55,740 nt of DNA from Candidatus Thorarchaeota archaeon (GCA_019894665.1 JAGXOC010000006.1:1-55740); one strand, 5' to 3'; positions 9,439-19,244 are shown, numbered from the stretch's first letter. The notes: generated by a model from the sequence alone, not told the origin. Program-made: numbers and translations.

Positions 9439-10632
9439 TCACACAACTAGGGTTTCCCATTCAATCTCATAGGCTGTACTTGGAAACTGCTGTTGAATTT
9501 CTTCGCGCGTATTAGCAATAATCCTATTCATCGGTTGTGCTCCAGTCAGATCTTTTACTCTTCTGGTGATAAACTGCATTATCACTCTGAACCCGTCGTT
9601 CAAAACGTCCGGTCCAATTGTTCCCTTAATGGTTGCAGCAGTGAGTGAGCTCCGCATCTCGATGTCAACGCCCTCCTCCAATGTGACGTATGCCATCCAG
9701 GGATACGTGCCAACCAACTTTTCTCTTGAAACAAGGAACACCTTCCTCATCGCGGTTATTCCAACAATTTTGGAGCATCCCTTAAGGAGAGAGTGTAGAG
9801 CAGATGTGTAACGCACTGCAACTGCATGTGCAGGAGTAACTAGTTCAATCATCTTTCGCTTCTCTAGAATAGCTACATCTTTGAGAAACCTCTTCATATC
9901 AGAGGTTCTCATTCTCTCAGCAGCAATAGAAACGGGTGTTTCACCGTCAAGTTCCGACAATGCTTTCGCAGTTTCTGGAGATAGTTTTTCATCTTCTGCT
10001 CCAGGTCTAGTTATAGATGTGGCCTGATAGATATCATCGGGCTTGACTGGATTATACACTGTGATTGCGTTCTCCCACAGTGCCTCTGCAGCTAGATTCA
10101 ATGCAACCTCAATAGGTACCTCAAGGAATTCAGCAGCATCCTTGACTGAACAAATCGATGGGATTATTCGTAAGAATGACATGACATCGGGTTTCTTGGT
10201 ATAGTGTTCCCACCCCGCGCGTACAGTAATGACAGTGTCCGGAATGATTAGATATCTAACGAACTCATCAATGACACTCTGTTCAAAACGCGTTTGAATT
10301 GCTAGGTCGATGTCAACCCATCTTAACACACTGAATTGCTCTTCAAACCGTTCAATCATTCTCTTTAGTTTGGTCCTGATTTGCGCTGAGTCTTCCTTAG
10401 TTGAAACGGCACCTAATGTCCATTCACCAAACTCTACTACAATCTTGTAATCAGTCCCTTCAAATGCTCGTGCTTGCGAGGTGATTGATTGGGTTGCCTC
10501 ATCGAAGAATGAGGTCATGGCAACAAGAAAGGAAGAAAGTAGCTGCGGGTCAAATCCTGATTCCGTGAAGTCCTTGTGATATATGCAAACTCCTGTATCT
10601 CGCTTAATGATATACAGATTATTGATATTCAT
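9439..10632 (-). CDS. Hypothetical protein with a possible roadblock/longin-like N-terminal domain
   Basis: 397-aa ORF. The N-terminus LYIIKRDTGVCIYHKDF....DPQLLSSFLVAMTSFFDE matches the pattern I associate with roadblock/longin-fold regulatory modules. The rest is unassigned. Confidence 0.5.
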   Translation of the reverse strand: MNINNLYIIKRDTGVCIYHKDFTESGFDPQLLSSFLVAMTSFFDEATQSITSQARAFEGTDYKIVVEFGEWTLGAVSTKEDSAQIRTKLKRMIERFEEQFSVLRWVDIDLAIQTRFEQSVIDEFVRYLIIPDTVITVRAGWEHYTKKPDVMSFLRIIPSICSVKDAAEFLEVPIEVALNLAAEALWENAITVYNPVKPDDIYQATSITRPGAEDEKLSPETAKALSELDGETPVSIAAERMRTSDMKRFLKDVAILEKRKMIELVTPAHAVAVRYTSALHSLLKGCSKIVGITAMRKVFLVSREKLVGTYPWMAYVTLEEGVDIEMRSSLTAATIKGTIGPDVLNDGFRVIMQFITRRVKDLTGAQPMNRIIANTREEIQQQFPSTAYEIEWETLVV

Positions 10633-10816
10633 CAGGTGTGAACCTCAATCTATTGATGGTGCCTCTAATCCTGCATCCTCTTACACCCTCGACCAAGGTC
10701 TTGGTGCGCGTATGTTCAATTGAAACTTGGTTGCTTTTGAGCCTTCTAGTGATGTATTCAACAACGTACGATTGGGCCAGAAGGTCACCCTTATAGGATG
10801 ATACACGCCAACTGGG

Positions 10817-11434
10817 ATGATTGACATGTCCGAGAAGGAAGAGCTTGGCATAGTTTGCCCCTCTTGCAATGAAGCGAACCTATTGATGCGCTCTATGCTC
10901 TATAGTATCCCTTTCTTCAACGAGCTTGCTATGTTCTCAATGGAATGTCCATCATGCAATTTCAAGCACAGCGACGTGTTTTCAGCAGAGCAGAGGAAAC
11001 CTGCGCGTTTCACGCTTCATGTTGACAAGCCTGCTCTTCTTCGTGCACGTGTAGTCCGTTCAGGTTCTGGTACTATTCGTCTTCCAGAATTTGGCATAGA
11101 TGTAGAACCGGGACCAGCGGCTGAATCTTTCATCACCAATGTTGAAGGTGTTCTTCAGAGGACAATGTCTGTTGTAGAAACTGCGATCCGTTTCACAGAC
11201 CAACCCGAAGAGAAAGCCAAAGGTGCTGAAATCTTGGCAAATATGAATCGCGCCCTTGAAGGAGAATATCCCTTCACTCTAGTGATGGAAGACCCCGCTG
11301 GTGTGAGTGGCATAATCCTTGATGACATGTCTGAGGTCGAGTATGAAGAACTCAGTATCGATGAAGCTTCACAGCTAAAGGGAGCACCGTTCTGGATTGA
11401 TACAATCCGAGAGGACTACACTGCTCAGAAATAG
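10817..11434 (+). CDS. ZPR1-type zinc-finger protein
   Basis: CPSCN-x..-IPFFNELAMFSMECPSCNFKHSDV followed by ..RVVRSGSGTIRLPEFGIDVEPG...ITNVEGVL, matching the ZPR1 zinc finger plus A-domain pattern. Confidence 0.8.
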   Translation: MIDMSEKEELGIVCPSCNEANLLMRSMLYSIPFFNELAMFSMECPSCNFKHSDVFSAEQRKPARFTLHVDKPALLRARVVRSGSGTIRLPEFGIDVEPGPAAESFITNVEGVLQRTMSVVETAIRFTDQPEEKAKGAEILANMNRALEGEYPFTLVMEDPAGVSGIILDDMSEVEYEELSIDEASQLKGAPFWIDTIREDYTAQK

Positions 11435-11449
11435 TTGTGAGCGTAAGGG

Positions 11450-11456
11450 TTAAATC
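11450..11456 (+). promoter_or_regulatory. TATA-like box upstream of tRNA-Ala
   Basis: TTAAATC is centred ~33 nt upstream of the tRNA 5' end. The spacing fits an archaeal TATA box plus a short leader. Confidence 0.3.
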
Positions 11457-11485
11457 ACTCATCCGAAAATCCTCTCGTTAGAAGT

Positions 11486-11562
11486 GGGCCGATAGATCAG
11501 CCTGGCAGATCGTCTGGTTTGCATCCAGAAGGTCGCGAGTTCAAATCTCGCTCGGTCCACCA
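11486..11562 (+). tRNA. tRNA-Ala (anticodon UGC), genomically encoded CCA
   Basis: Hand-folded cloverleaf. Acceptor GGGCCGA/TCGGTCC contains the G3:U70 Ala identity pair. D arm is GATC..GATC. Anticodon stem TCTGG/CCAGA has loop TT-TGC-AT. T arm GCGAG/CTCGC has loop TTCAAAT. Discriminator A is followed by CCA. Confidence 0.9.
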
Positions 11563-11578
11563 TTCTCTTTCTATACTT

Positions 11579-12652
11579 CTAGGTTATTCCGAGTCCAGAA
11601 CCTTTTGGAGGTTGATATTTCCCATCATCTACGACGAGCCCATGGAATGGATCAACCCTCAGAGACCCTGGAGCAATCTCATGTGGGTGGTTGAAGTTTG
11701 AACCTGAAAGGACAAGATGAACCGCAGCAGAAATTCCGATTTGGGTTTCCCATGGACTAATGATAACGCACTCAATATCATTCTCTTCTGCTAGTTTTGC
11801 GATTCTTTTCGATTGGTATATTCCCCCATGTTTGATTAGCTTCAACCCAAAGAAGTCCACAGCATCATAGTCAATCAGTGTCTGTGCATCTTTATACGTG
11901 TACACGGACTCATCTGCCATTATTGGGACACAACTTGATTTTCTGAGTTGACTGAATCCTTCATAGTCATCCACAGCTAGAGGCTGTTCTAGGTATTCAA
12001 GGTTCAAGTCTTCAGATGCTTTGAGCACTTTCAACGCTTGTTTCACAGTGTATCCTGTATTTGCGTCTGCTCGAATCTTGGCTGAATCACCCACGGTTTC
12101 CCTGACCAGTTTCAAGGTTTCAATATCTCTCTCAACATCCACTCCGACTTTGATCTTTACTGATTTCATCCCCTCACTTAGTTGATGCGCTGCCTCGTCT
12201 GCAATGGACTGAGGTGTGCCTATACCAAGCACTGCAGCAATCTCAACATGTTCACGGTATAATCCCCCAAGAAGCTGATACACAGGGACACATTGTATCT
12301 TTCCCACTAAATCATAAAGAGCAAGATCAACTCCTGTCCTTGCGGTTCCCCCCACATCCGGAAACTGGTCTGTTAATTCGTGAAAGCCTTCTTGATTTAA
12401 TGGATCCTTTCCAATTAGGAATGGAGCTAGTTTACCATCAATCTCTTCTTGTATTTTCACAGGGTCATCATCCGCAGTGAATGGTAAGGGGCAAGCTTCA
12501 CCAACTCCTGTGAATCCATTCTCAGAAGTTATCTTCACTATCACATGGTGCCTGATGGATGGTTCTTCACCATAGGTCGTTGTAAAGCCCTCGTCAGCTA
12601 AATGCGTTTCAATTGGCTCTGTTCTGACTGACGTTATTCTCATCGAAGTCAC
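11579..12652 (-). CDS. Enolase-superfamily enzyme (mandelate racemase/muconate lactonizing family, dipeptide-epimerase-like)
   Basis: KxK motif (VKIKVG), metal ligands in ..RADANTGY.., ..LEYLEQP.., ..IMADES.., and the second catalytic Lys in FGLKLIKHGG. Confidence 0.8.
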   Translation of the reverse strand: MTSMRITSVRTEPIETHLADEGFTTTYGEEPSIRHHVIVKITSENGFTGVGEACPLPFTADDDPVKIQEEIDGKLAPFLIGKDPLNQEGFHELTDQFPDVGGTARTGVDLALYDLVGKIQCVPVYQLLGGLYREHVEIAAVLGIGTPQSIADEAAHQLSEGMKSVKIKVGVDVERDIETLKLVRETVGDSAKIRADANTGYTVKQALKVLKASEDLNLEYLEQPLAVDDYEGFSQLRKSSCVPIMADESVYTYKDAQTLIDYDAVDFFGLKLIKHGGIYQSKRIAKLAEENDIECVIISPWETQIGISAAVHLVLSGSNFNHPHEIAPGSLRVDPFHGLVVDDGKYQPPKGSGLGIT

Positions 12653-12906
12653 CTGCTAACCATCGCTTCCCAAAAACTTGGCGATTGTTAAATGCGTCTG
12701 TATCCATATTGTTGGTGGAGTGAGAGTCAGATGGGAGCTGTTCGAAAAGAACCTTAACTAATGATTTGTCCAAATTTTGTGGGAAAGTAACCCTTAAAGG
12801 GGACCAACTTCGGGGAAATCGAAATAACAAGGGGTCCAGAGTGAGTACTAACTCATCCCCCCTCGATATTCGAGGTGCTGGAGGTCCTTGAAGTGGTGAA
12901 TTTAAG

Positions 12907-15300
12907 ATGCAATTATTCGAGACTTTTATTGGAATGACCTGGGTTGAACAGGCGATGATCTACACGGTCGTTCTAGCAGCTGTTGCAAGTCTCGTGTATG
13001 CCTGGTGGCTCAGGAAAGGTGTCCTTGTACAGGACAAGGGAACTGAGCAGATGCAGAAAGTATGGAATGGTATTAGAGAGGGCGCGTTGTCTTATCTGAA
13101 TAGACAGTTGAAGACAATAATCCCAATCCTTGTCGTTCTTTCGTTTCTGCTGTTTTTCACCGTATACATAACAATCCCTGAGAGAGGCACACTAGAGTTG
13201 TTTGGAATTGATCCTATTAATCCAGAATTAACTCCAGATGCCCTAGCATCAGCAAGAGTGCTTGTTGGTCTAGGTCGTTCTCTAGCGTTTGTACTTGGTG
13301 CAAGCTTCTCATTAATAGTGGGGCAGTTAGGTATGCGAATTGCGGTTGAGTCCAATATTCGCGTTGCACAGGCTACACGAGAGGGTGACGACAGGTACAA
13401 TCGTGCTCTGACAATCGCCTACCGCGGAGGAACATTCACTGGTATGTTGACCGACGGCCTTGGACTGCTGGGTGGAACTGTCATATTCATTATTTATGGC
13501 CTTGCAGCCCCTGATGCACTTCTAGGCTTTGGTCTTGGTGGTACGCTTCTTGCTCTCTTTATGAGAGTCGGTGGTGGAATCTACACCAAAGCCGCCGATG
13601 TTGGTGCAGATCTTGTTGGAAAGATTGAACAGGACTTGCCTGAAGACGATCCCCGTAATGCTGCAGTTATTGCAGATCTTGTTGGTGACAATGTCGGAGA
13701 TTGTGCTGGTATGGCTGCTGACATCTTTGAATCTTATGAGGTCACAATTGTATCCGCTTTGATTCTGGCTATTGTCATTTGGATTGAAAACGATCCTGGT
13801 CTCTTACCTGGTGGACTACTCGCAGTTGTCGTGTTTCCACTGTTCATAAGAGCCGTTGGTGTAATTTCATCAATGATTGGTACTGTGATGGTGCCAGTTT
13901 GGCCAAAGATTCTGAAGAAAAGCGCGGTCTATGCAGAAAAAGCAATGTTCCTCTCATACGAGGCATCAAGCGTATTTACCATCATCCTATCAATGCTACT
14001 CTCTTGGTTCTATGTTGGAGACCTCCGATTTGGAATTCTGATAGCTACGGGTGTACTGCTAGCTGTATCATTCAATCCCCTCACTAGTTACTTTACTTCG
14101 CTCAGGAAGCCACCTGTCCAGGAGATTGTCAAATCTTCTGACACAGGATATGCCACATTCATCCTTTCAGGTCTTGTAGCTGGAATGGAATCAACCGTTG
14201 CTGCTTTGGTTGTCATCGTAGCAACATTTGGCATTGCATGGGTAATCTTCCTAGTCCCAGTTGCTGCAGCTGTGCCCTGGTTCGTAACTGATGTTCACGG
14301 ACATCTTTGGACCCTCTACGGTATTGCTTTGATTGGTATCGGTATGCTTTCACACACTGGTAACAACGTAGCAATGGACGCCTTTGGTCCTATCAGTGAC
14401 AATGCTGCAGGCATTGGTGAGCTGTCCCCAGGTGACTTTGATGAAACCTCAAGGAAGACCATGGCTGAACTTGATGCTGTAGGCAACACTACCAAGGCTA
14501 TCACCAAGGGAGTTGCAATTGCATCAGCAGTTATTGCTGCAGTCGCCCTCTTTGAAAGTTTCGTGGTCGTGGCTGGAGTGGACCACATCTTGTTGGATGA
14601 TCCAATAGTGTTCGCAGGTGTACTACTTGGTGCCGCACTACCATGGCTATTCTCCGCATTAAACATCAAGGCTGTGACACGAGCAGCTGGCGAGATGGTC
14701 ATGGAGGTACGAAGGCAGTTTAAGATTCCAGGTATCCTTGAAGGAACGAAGACGCCTGATTATGATAGGGCTGTTGATATCTCAACAACTGCTGCACAGA
14801 AAGAACTGATCTCTCTTGCAGCTCTCACGGTATCCATTCCTATCATTGTAGGGATTCTATTCGGTGTGGCCGCACTCGGAGGATTCCTCGGCGGAATTAT
14901 CGTATCCGGTCAGTTGTTAGCTGTGTTCATGTCTAATACTGGTGGTGCTTGGGATAACGCTAAGAAAGCCATCGAGGATGAGCCAAGCGATCTTGCTAAC
15001 AATACTGGTAAGGGTTCGGAGCGTCACAAGATTGGAATCGTTGGTGACACAATCGGTGATCCACTCAAGGATACTGCTGGTCCCGCGCTCAACCCGATGA
15101 TCAAGGTGGTTAACCTACTCGCATTGATTCTTGCTCCTCTTATGGTACAGTTCCAGTTTGGAGCAGACTTCAATACGAACTTGATGCTAATTGCAGTACT
15201 CTGTGTGTTGTTCGCGATGACTATCTGGGCTATTCGCAAGAGCACTAAACCTGCTGACTTCGGCACCAGTACTACTATTGAAGTAGAAGCTGTCCAATAA
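12907..15300 (+). CDS. hppA: Membrane-integral H+-translocating pyrophosphatase (K+-independent type by motif)
   Basis: Hallmarks GGGIYTKAADVGADLVGK, DPRNAAVIADLVGDNVGDCAGMAADIFESY, GNTTKAITKG and GDTIGDPLKDTAGPALNP; ~16 TM segments. Confidence 0.95.
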   Translation: MQLFETFIGMTWVEQAMIYTVVLAAVASLVYAWWLRKGVLVQDKGTEQMQKVWNGIREGALSYLNRQLKTIIPILVVLSFLLFFTVYITIPERGTLELFGIDPINPELTPDALASARVLVGLGRSLAFVLGASFSLIVGQLGMRIAVESNIRVAQATREGDDRYNRALTIAYRGGTFTGMLTDGLGLLGGTVIFIIYGLAAPDALLGFGLGGTLLALFMRVGGGIYTKAADVGADLVGKIEQDLPEDDPRNAAVIADLVGDNVGDCAGMAADIFESYEVTIVSALILAIVIWIENDPGLLPGGLLAVVVFPLFIRAVGVISSMIGTVMVPVWPKILKKSAVYAEKAMFLSYEASSVFTIILSMLLSWFYVGDLRFGILIATGVLLAVSFNPLTSYFTSLRKPPVQEIVKSSDTGYATFILSGLVAGMESTVAALVVIVATFGIAWVIFLVPVAAAVPWFVTDVHGHLWTLYGIALIGIGMLSHTGNNVAMDAFGPISDNAAGIGELSPGDFDETSRKTMAELDAVGNTTKAITKGVAIASAVIAAVALFESFVVVAGVDHILLDDPIVFAGVLLGAALPWLFSALNIKAVTRAAGEMVMEVRRQFKIPGILEGTKTPDYDRAVDISTTAAQKELISLAALTVSIPIIVGILFGVAALGGFLGGIIVSGQLLAVFMSNTGGAWDNAKKAIEDEPSDLANNTGKGSERHKIGIVGDTIGDPLKDTAGPALNPMIKVVNLLALILAPLMVQFQFGADFNTNLMLIAVLCVLFAMTIWAIRKSTKPADFGTSTTIEVEAVQ

Positions 15301-15312
15301 AACACAACAAGT

Positions 15313-15345
15313 GGTGGCACCTAGTGCCACCCACACTCTCTTTTT
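15313..15345 (+). terminator. Stem-loop plus T-run downstream of hppA
   Basis: GGTGGCAC-cta-GTGCCACC is a perfect 8-bp hairpin (15313-15331), followed by TTTTT at 15341-15345, 13 nt after the hppA stop. Confidence 0.4.
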
Positions 15346-15444
15346 CTCAAACATTTCTTTCCGAGTCTGAAAGAACGACAACCTTTTGTTCGATTGATTG
15401 CTAAGCTACTAGCTACAATAACTGTGTGAGAGGAGCTGAACAAT

Positions 15445-16593
15445 TTGGAAGGGGAATTAATCCCAAACATACAACTCGAGGGGCATGAGTTCACAGTATG
15501 GTCTTTAGCAATAACCCCGGATGGGCTGACTATAGTTTCCGGAGGCCAAGATGCAACAATCCGTCTCTGGGATGTCACATCTGGAAAAGAGATGCACAAG
15601 TTTGTTGGACATGACGGTCCTGTTTACGGCTTAGTACTGATGCCTGATGGTAATAGATTGGTTTCTATTGCTGACAAGGACCTTGCAGTGAAAATTTGGG
15701 ATTTTGAAGCGAAAACTCTCAAGACTTCACTCGCTCCAAATTCTGCCCACATCAATACTGTTGCAGTAAGTCCAGACCAACGTTTCATCGTGACTGGCGG
15801 AGATGATGGGATAGCAAGGTTCTGGGATATTGATCGAGGAATCATGCTTCGCTATCTTGAACATTCACAGGGAATCTACTCGATAACAATCAGTCCCGAC
15901 GGACGTCATATGTTGTGTGGCAGTAAGAAAGCTCCTGCAACAGAAACCCCCGGAGTAATCTGGGTGTGGGACTTTGAGTTGGGTATTGAGCTGAAGACCC
16001 TTGAAGGGCATAAAGGCCATGTTACCGCACTTGCCATGACCGCTGATTCCAGATATGTCCTTTCAGGAGGACAGGATGGGGTTGTCCATCTCTGGGACCT
16101 AGAAACTGGTACAATGATCAAGACAATGACTGGGCATAATACTTCTATCATAATGATACATATCACTACTGATGGTCAACATGTGATCACTGGTTCAACT
16201 GATGGGACCGTTCGAGTGTGGTTACTCCGAGGCGGTGTTCTCCTACAGAACCTTACCTCAACTGAAAATGTTCATTCGATGGTAGTAACTCCTGACGGTC
16301 GACAGGTTATCACAGGATCAATGGACGGAAATGTTGAGATTTGGGACTTCGAGAAGGATAGTCCCTGGATTGACACTTCTTATGAACGTGCAGAGGAGCA
16401 GAAGGCTGAACTTGATGCATTCAGGATGTTTCAACTGAAGAAGATAATCACACGATATGACACCCTCCCTCTTCAACGGTTAGCTGTTTTGTTAAGATTT
16501 GAAAAAATGGAAGAGCTTGAGGACTGGCTCCTAGAACTTCCGCCTGAAACCCCCGTCAAGATTGATGGTCCGCTCCTCGTTATTCACAAATAA
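15445..16593 (+). CDS. WD40-repeat (beta-propeller) protein
   Basis: Seven repeats of the pattern H...V..LA.TPDG..IVSG..DGT.R.WD, then a ~70-aa non-WD C-terminal region. Non-ATG (TTG) start in the track. Confidence 0.85.
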   Translation: MEGELIPNIQLEGHEFTVWSLAITPDGLTIVSGGQDATIRLWDVTSGKEMHKFVGHDGPVYGLVLMPDGNRLVSIADKDLAVKIWDFEAKTLKTSLAPNSAHINTVAVSPDQRFIVTGGDDGIARFWDIDRGIMLRYLEHSQGIYSITISPDGRHMLCGSKKAPATETPGVIWVWDFELGIELKTLEGHKGHVTALAMTADSRYVLSGGQDGVVHLWDLETGTMIKTMTGHNTSIIMIHITTDGQHVITGSTDGTVRVWLLRGGVLLQNLTSTENVHSMVVTPDGRQVITGSMDGNVEIWDFEKDSPWIDTSYERAEEQKAELDAFRMFQLKKIITRYDTLPLQRLAVLLRFEKMEELEDWLLELPPETPVKIDGPLLVIHK

Positions 16594-16798
16594 GATGTGT
16601 GAAGATTTGCAACCACGGAGGAAGAGCAGTATTTCACAAGGGATGAGGATAACTAAAACGAGATCAGATTTAGTATTACTTGGCTCTTTATTGCAAACAC
16701 TCAGGGTATTTCTTATCTTCGTTTTCTACTGGACTCTTTGGATAAACCAGCAGGACTATATCTAGACCTTTGGAGATGGTCCAGATTCAATTGCAGTC

Positions 16799-17161
16799 GT
16801 GGCTTTTCCTTCTGTATATCTCCTACTTGCTTCCTTCATTGATATTGTAGGGTTATTTCTCCTGCGGAGTCGTCGTCCCATTGGATGGAATATTACTCTA
16901 TTAATGAGCACTTTTTGGATATTCCTCTTTGGTACTTTGATACTCTCTACTCTCACCGCTCCAACAATGTTTGACTATTTATTGGAATATAATTTGCTAT
17001 ATCTTGCTGTACTCTCTTTCTCAATAATAGAGCTATTCGTATTGCTACACCCCGAGTTTCGTAAGTACTCTAAAATAATTCGCAATGATAAACGTCGTAG
17101 TGCTATGCCTAAACTATGGAAAAAAGGGGAAGATATGTATCGTATTCTACAAGCCTACTAA
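16799..17161 (+). CDS. Hypothetical small membrane protein
   Basis: 120-aa ORF (GTG start) with three hydrophobic helices and a basic C-terminus. No homology recognised. Confidence 0.35.
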   Translation: MAFPSVYLLLASFIDIVGLFLLRSRRPIGWNITLLMSTFWIFLFGTLILSTLTAPTMFDYLLEYNLLYLAVLSFSIIELFVLLHPEFRKYSKIIRNDKRRSAMPKLWKKGEDMYRILQAY

Positions 17162-17182
17162 TTGTGTACTCATATACTCAAG

Positions 17183-17557
17183 TCAAGATGGTCCATTATT
17201 GGTTAGTATGAAGTAGCCTGCTAGCACATACTTGGATGCTAACATTACAATCTGTTTTTCATCGTCAGTCAGAGAGATTAATTCTATACCAAGACGTTCC
17301 ATCTCCCCTACAAGCTCTTCTTCATCCATCTCCTCTACGTGCTTTCTGGTATCACTTTCCAGTCTTTGCATATCCTCTCTTTGCAGCTTCACTGCTCTAT
17401 CAGTGCCAGCAATAAGATACAACATTGCAGGGCCTACCCCTATTCGTAATAATCCCTTGACCATCCGGGGTCTCTTTCTTCTCGGACCGCTTCGTGGACT
17501 TCTTTCTGATCCTCTCATGCCTATTTCATTGACCTCTGTTATCCATATAGGTTTCAA
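17183..17557 (-). CDS. Hypothetical protein
   Basis: 124-aa ORF with mixed composition (basic N-terminal part, acidic helical middle). It looks more protein-like than the Ser-rich overlapping + strand ORF 17232..17579. Confidence 0.35.
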   Translation of the reverse strand: MKPIWITEVNEIGMRGSERSPRSGPRRKRPRMVKGLLRIGVGPAMLYLIAGTDRAVKLQREDMQRLESDTRKHVEEMDEEELVGEMERLGIELISLTDDEKQIVMLASKYVLAGYFILTNNGPS

Positions 17558-17593
17558 TGTTTCTACTTTTACAAGTTAGACAGAATAAGATAG

Positions 17594-17633
17594 GAGGGTC
17601 CAGAGGTAAAAAGGGAAAGTAGGCGGTTGACCA
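17594..17633 (+). repeat. Structured-repeat family, copy A (5'-half only)
   Basis: AATAAGATAGG (17594-17604) and CCAGAGGTAAAAAGGGAAAGTAGG (17610-17633) are identical to 18978-18988 and 18996-19019. Confidence 0.6.
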
Positions 17634-17697
17634 TTGTGTTCATCTTCACTCAAGATGATTCAATAGAAATATACGCTCTGAAGTTCTTTGATTCATT

Positions 17698-18987
17698 GTG
17701 AACGGGAGAGGAGTATTCGCGATATTGGTTCTAATATCACTGTGTTCTCCATTCCTTTTGATGTCCGGATCAAGCATCCCAAATTCAGATACCGGGCTGT
17801 TTGTATCTACAAAATTCCCTTCCTTCTTGGCAAGTGAATACAATTCATCTATCGAAGTTCTGTCTGATGCTGATTTCGTCTCTCAAGAATGGCCAGGTAG
17901 TGGAACTGAGAGTTCTCCCTATCTGATTTCTAATTTGCGATTCAGTTATCCGGATCAAGAACCAATCATTATCGCGAACACACGTGCACATTTTGTTGTA
18001 CGTAATTGTGTTTTTGAGAAACAAGGAATGCCACCGCTTTACGGCAGTGTAAACGCAATTTCAATTTTCAATGCTTCAAATGGCATCATCAGAGACTGCA
18101 CAATCAGTACTACTGGTGTAGCAATTGGAGTTTCAAACTCTAGTGAAATGATGATTTTGAATAATCAGGTCAGAGATACTGAGCAAGGTTTCAACCTTGA
18201 ATCTTTGGAAAGGAGTGTCATATGCAATAACTCACTTAATTCAGGATATGTTGGATTTCATACGGATGGATTGATTAGCTGCAATATCACTAGAAACACG
18301 ATTGTAGAAACAGAGTGGGGAATCGTTCTTGGTGAGTTTTGTGTCAACAATTCCATCTCACTGAATCGTATTGGGTGGTGTGAAGAATATGCTCATGATT
18401 ATGGGTCGGGGAATATGTGGGACTCAAACAGCTGGAGCAATTGGAATGGAGTCGGACCCTACATCATCTCTGGTACAGCTGGCAGTATAGATGAATCACC
18501 CTCATTATTCGACGAAGACGTTCTTGGACCTAAAATCGAGTTTGATCATCCACCAGGGCTTTTAGACTCAAATGGGGTATTTACGTTCAGTATCATTGTT
18601 ACTGATGTGTCTGGCGTCGATTCGGTTGTGATATACATTCGAGAGACCTGGTGGGTTGGTGATGAAACTGTGCGGAGCAACTGGTCTGACTTCGCCATGC
18701 AACCGAGTGAAATTCAGAATAATTACACCTTCTCTTTCCAAACAAATGACTGTTGGAGCTTAAGTTTCATCGTCTTAGCGAACGATACACTTGGTCATTC
18801 GAGAATGAGCGATATGGATTCATTCGTAGTAAATCCACATTTTCCAACCTTTCCACCGCCTCCACCCAATTTCCAGCTCTTTATAGCTCTTGGAATTCTC
18901 TTTGTTCTCATTGTGACTGTTGTCATTAATAATCGATCTCAGAGTACTCCCTCATCTGGAATCTTGCACTCGATTAGAATAAGATAG
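17698..18987 (+). CDS. Secreted, membrane-anchored right-handed parallel beta-helix (PbH1/NosD-like) repeat protein
   Basis: N-terminal signal-like hydrophobic segment. Repeated ~22-aa units resemble PbH1 (..NCVFE.., ..IRDCTIS.., ..ILNNQVRD.., ..ICNNSLN.., ..CNITRNTIV.., ..NNSISLNRI). Pro-rich linker PPPPPN is followed by a C-terminal TM helix. Confidence 0.7.
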   Translation: MNGRGVFAILVLISLCSPFLLMSGSSIPNSDTGLFVSTKFPSFLASEYNSSIEVLSDADFVSQEWPGSGTESSPYLISNLRFSYPDQEPIIIANTRAHFVVRNCVFEKQGMPPLYGSVNAISIFNASNGIIRDCTISTTGVAIGVSNSSEMMILNNQVRDTEQGFNLESLERSVICNNSLNSGYVGFHTDGLISCNITRNTIVETEWGIVLGEFCVNNSISLNRIGWCEEYAHDYGSGNMWDSNSWSNWNGVGPYIISGTAGSIDESPSLFDEDVLGPKIEFDHPPGLLDSNGVFTFSIIVTDVSGVDSVVIYIRETWWVGDETVRSNWSDFAMQPSEIQNNYTFSFQTNDCWSLSFIVLANDTLGHSRMSDMDSFVVNPHFPTFPPPPPNFQLFIALGILFVLIVTVVINNRSQSTPSSGILHSIRIR

Positions 18988-19090
18988 GGTCAGGCCCAGA
19001 GGTAAAAAGGGAAAGTAGGTGTTTATTCCTACTTTGTAGGTATTCGCGTGGTTAGGAGGGGAGTTTGAAGCCCTCTGTGCCTGACCCTAA
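18978..19090 (+). repeat. Structured-repeat family, copy B (complete palindromic element)
   Basis: Terminal inverted repeat TAGGGTCAGGC (18985-18995) / GCCTGACCCTA (19079-19089), extended by CAGAGG/CCTCTG. Inner hairpin AAAGTAGG-tgtttatt-CCTACTTT. Conserved core TCGCGTGGTTAGGAGGGGAGTTTGAAG (19044-19070). The element begins at the stop codon of the beta-helix gene. Confidence 0.6.
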
Positions 19091-19244
19091 GAGAAAATCA
19101 TTCCATAGTATATTAAGGATTACTTTAGAGGAAATTAGAAAAATTAAGTGTGTGTCAGCTCACTTTAATCATTTTTAAACCCGAAAACACTTTTCAGCAT
19201 GCAATCCTAACCACATGATCATTGGGACCGAGGTGAGTTGAAAT

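Noticed and set aside
11486-11562. tRNA-Ala as a possible integration hotspot marking a genomic island.
   Set aside because: There is no integrase, no direct repeat of the tRNA 3' end nearby, and the flanking genes (ZPR1, enolase-family, PPase) look like core genes.
12781-12841. Fragments resembling the repeat family upstream of hppA: GGGTCCAGAG (12832-12841, identical to 17606-17615) and GGGAAAGTAA (12781-12790, compare GGGAAAGTAGG).
   Set aside because: The matches are short, in the opposite relative order to copies A and B, and lack the terminal inverted repeats or the core. A 10-mer match in a 55-kb window can plausibly occur by chance.
17232-17579. 115-aa + strand ORF overlapping the 124-aa minus-strand ORF 17183..17557.
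   Set aside because: It is strongly Ser-rich (SSSSSISS) and looks like an antisense artefact. The minus-strand ORF is itself only a low-confidence call, so this locus could hold neither gene.
19065-19178. The conserved core of repeat copies B and C reads as a strong SD (AGGAGGG) followed by TTG-AAG. This gives possible micro-ORFs of 37 aa in B (19065..19178) and 11 aa in C (20166..20201).
   Set aside because: Only the SD-TTG-AAG part is conserved. The downstream peptides differ completely in length and sequence, so I treat the core as an RNA or DNA motif, not a CDS. Ribosome profiling could revisit this.
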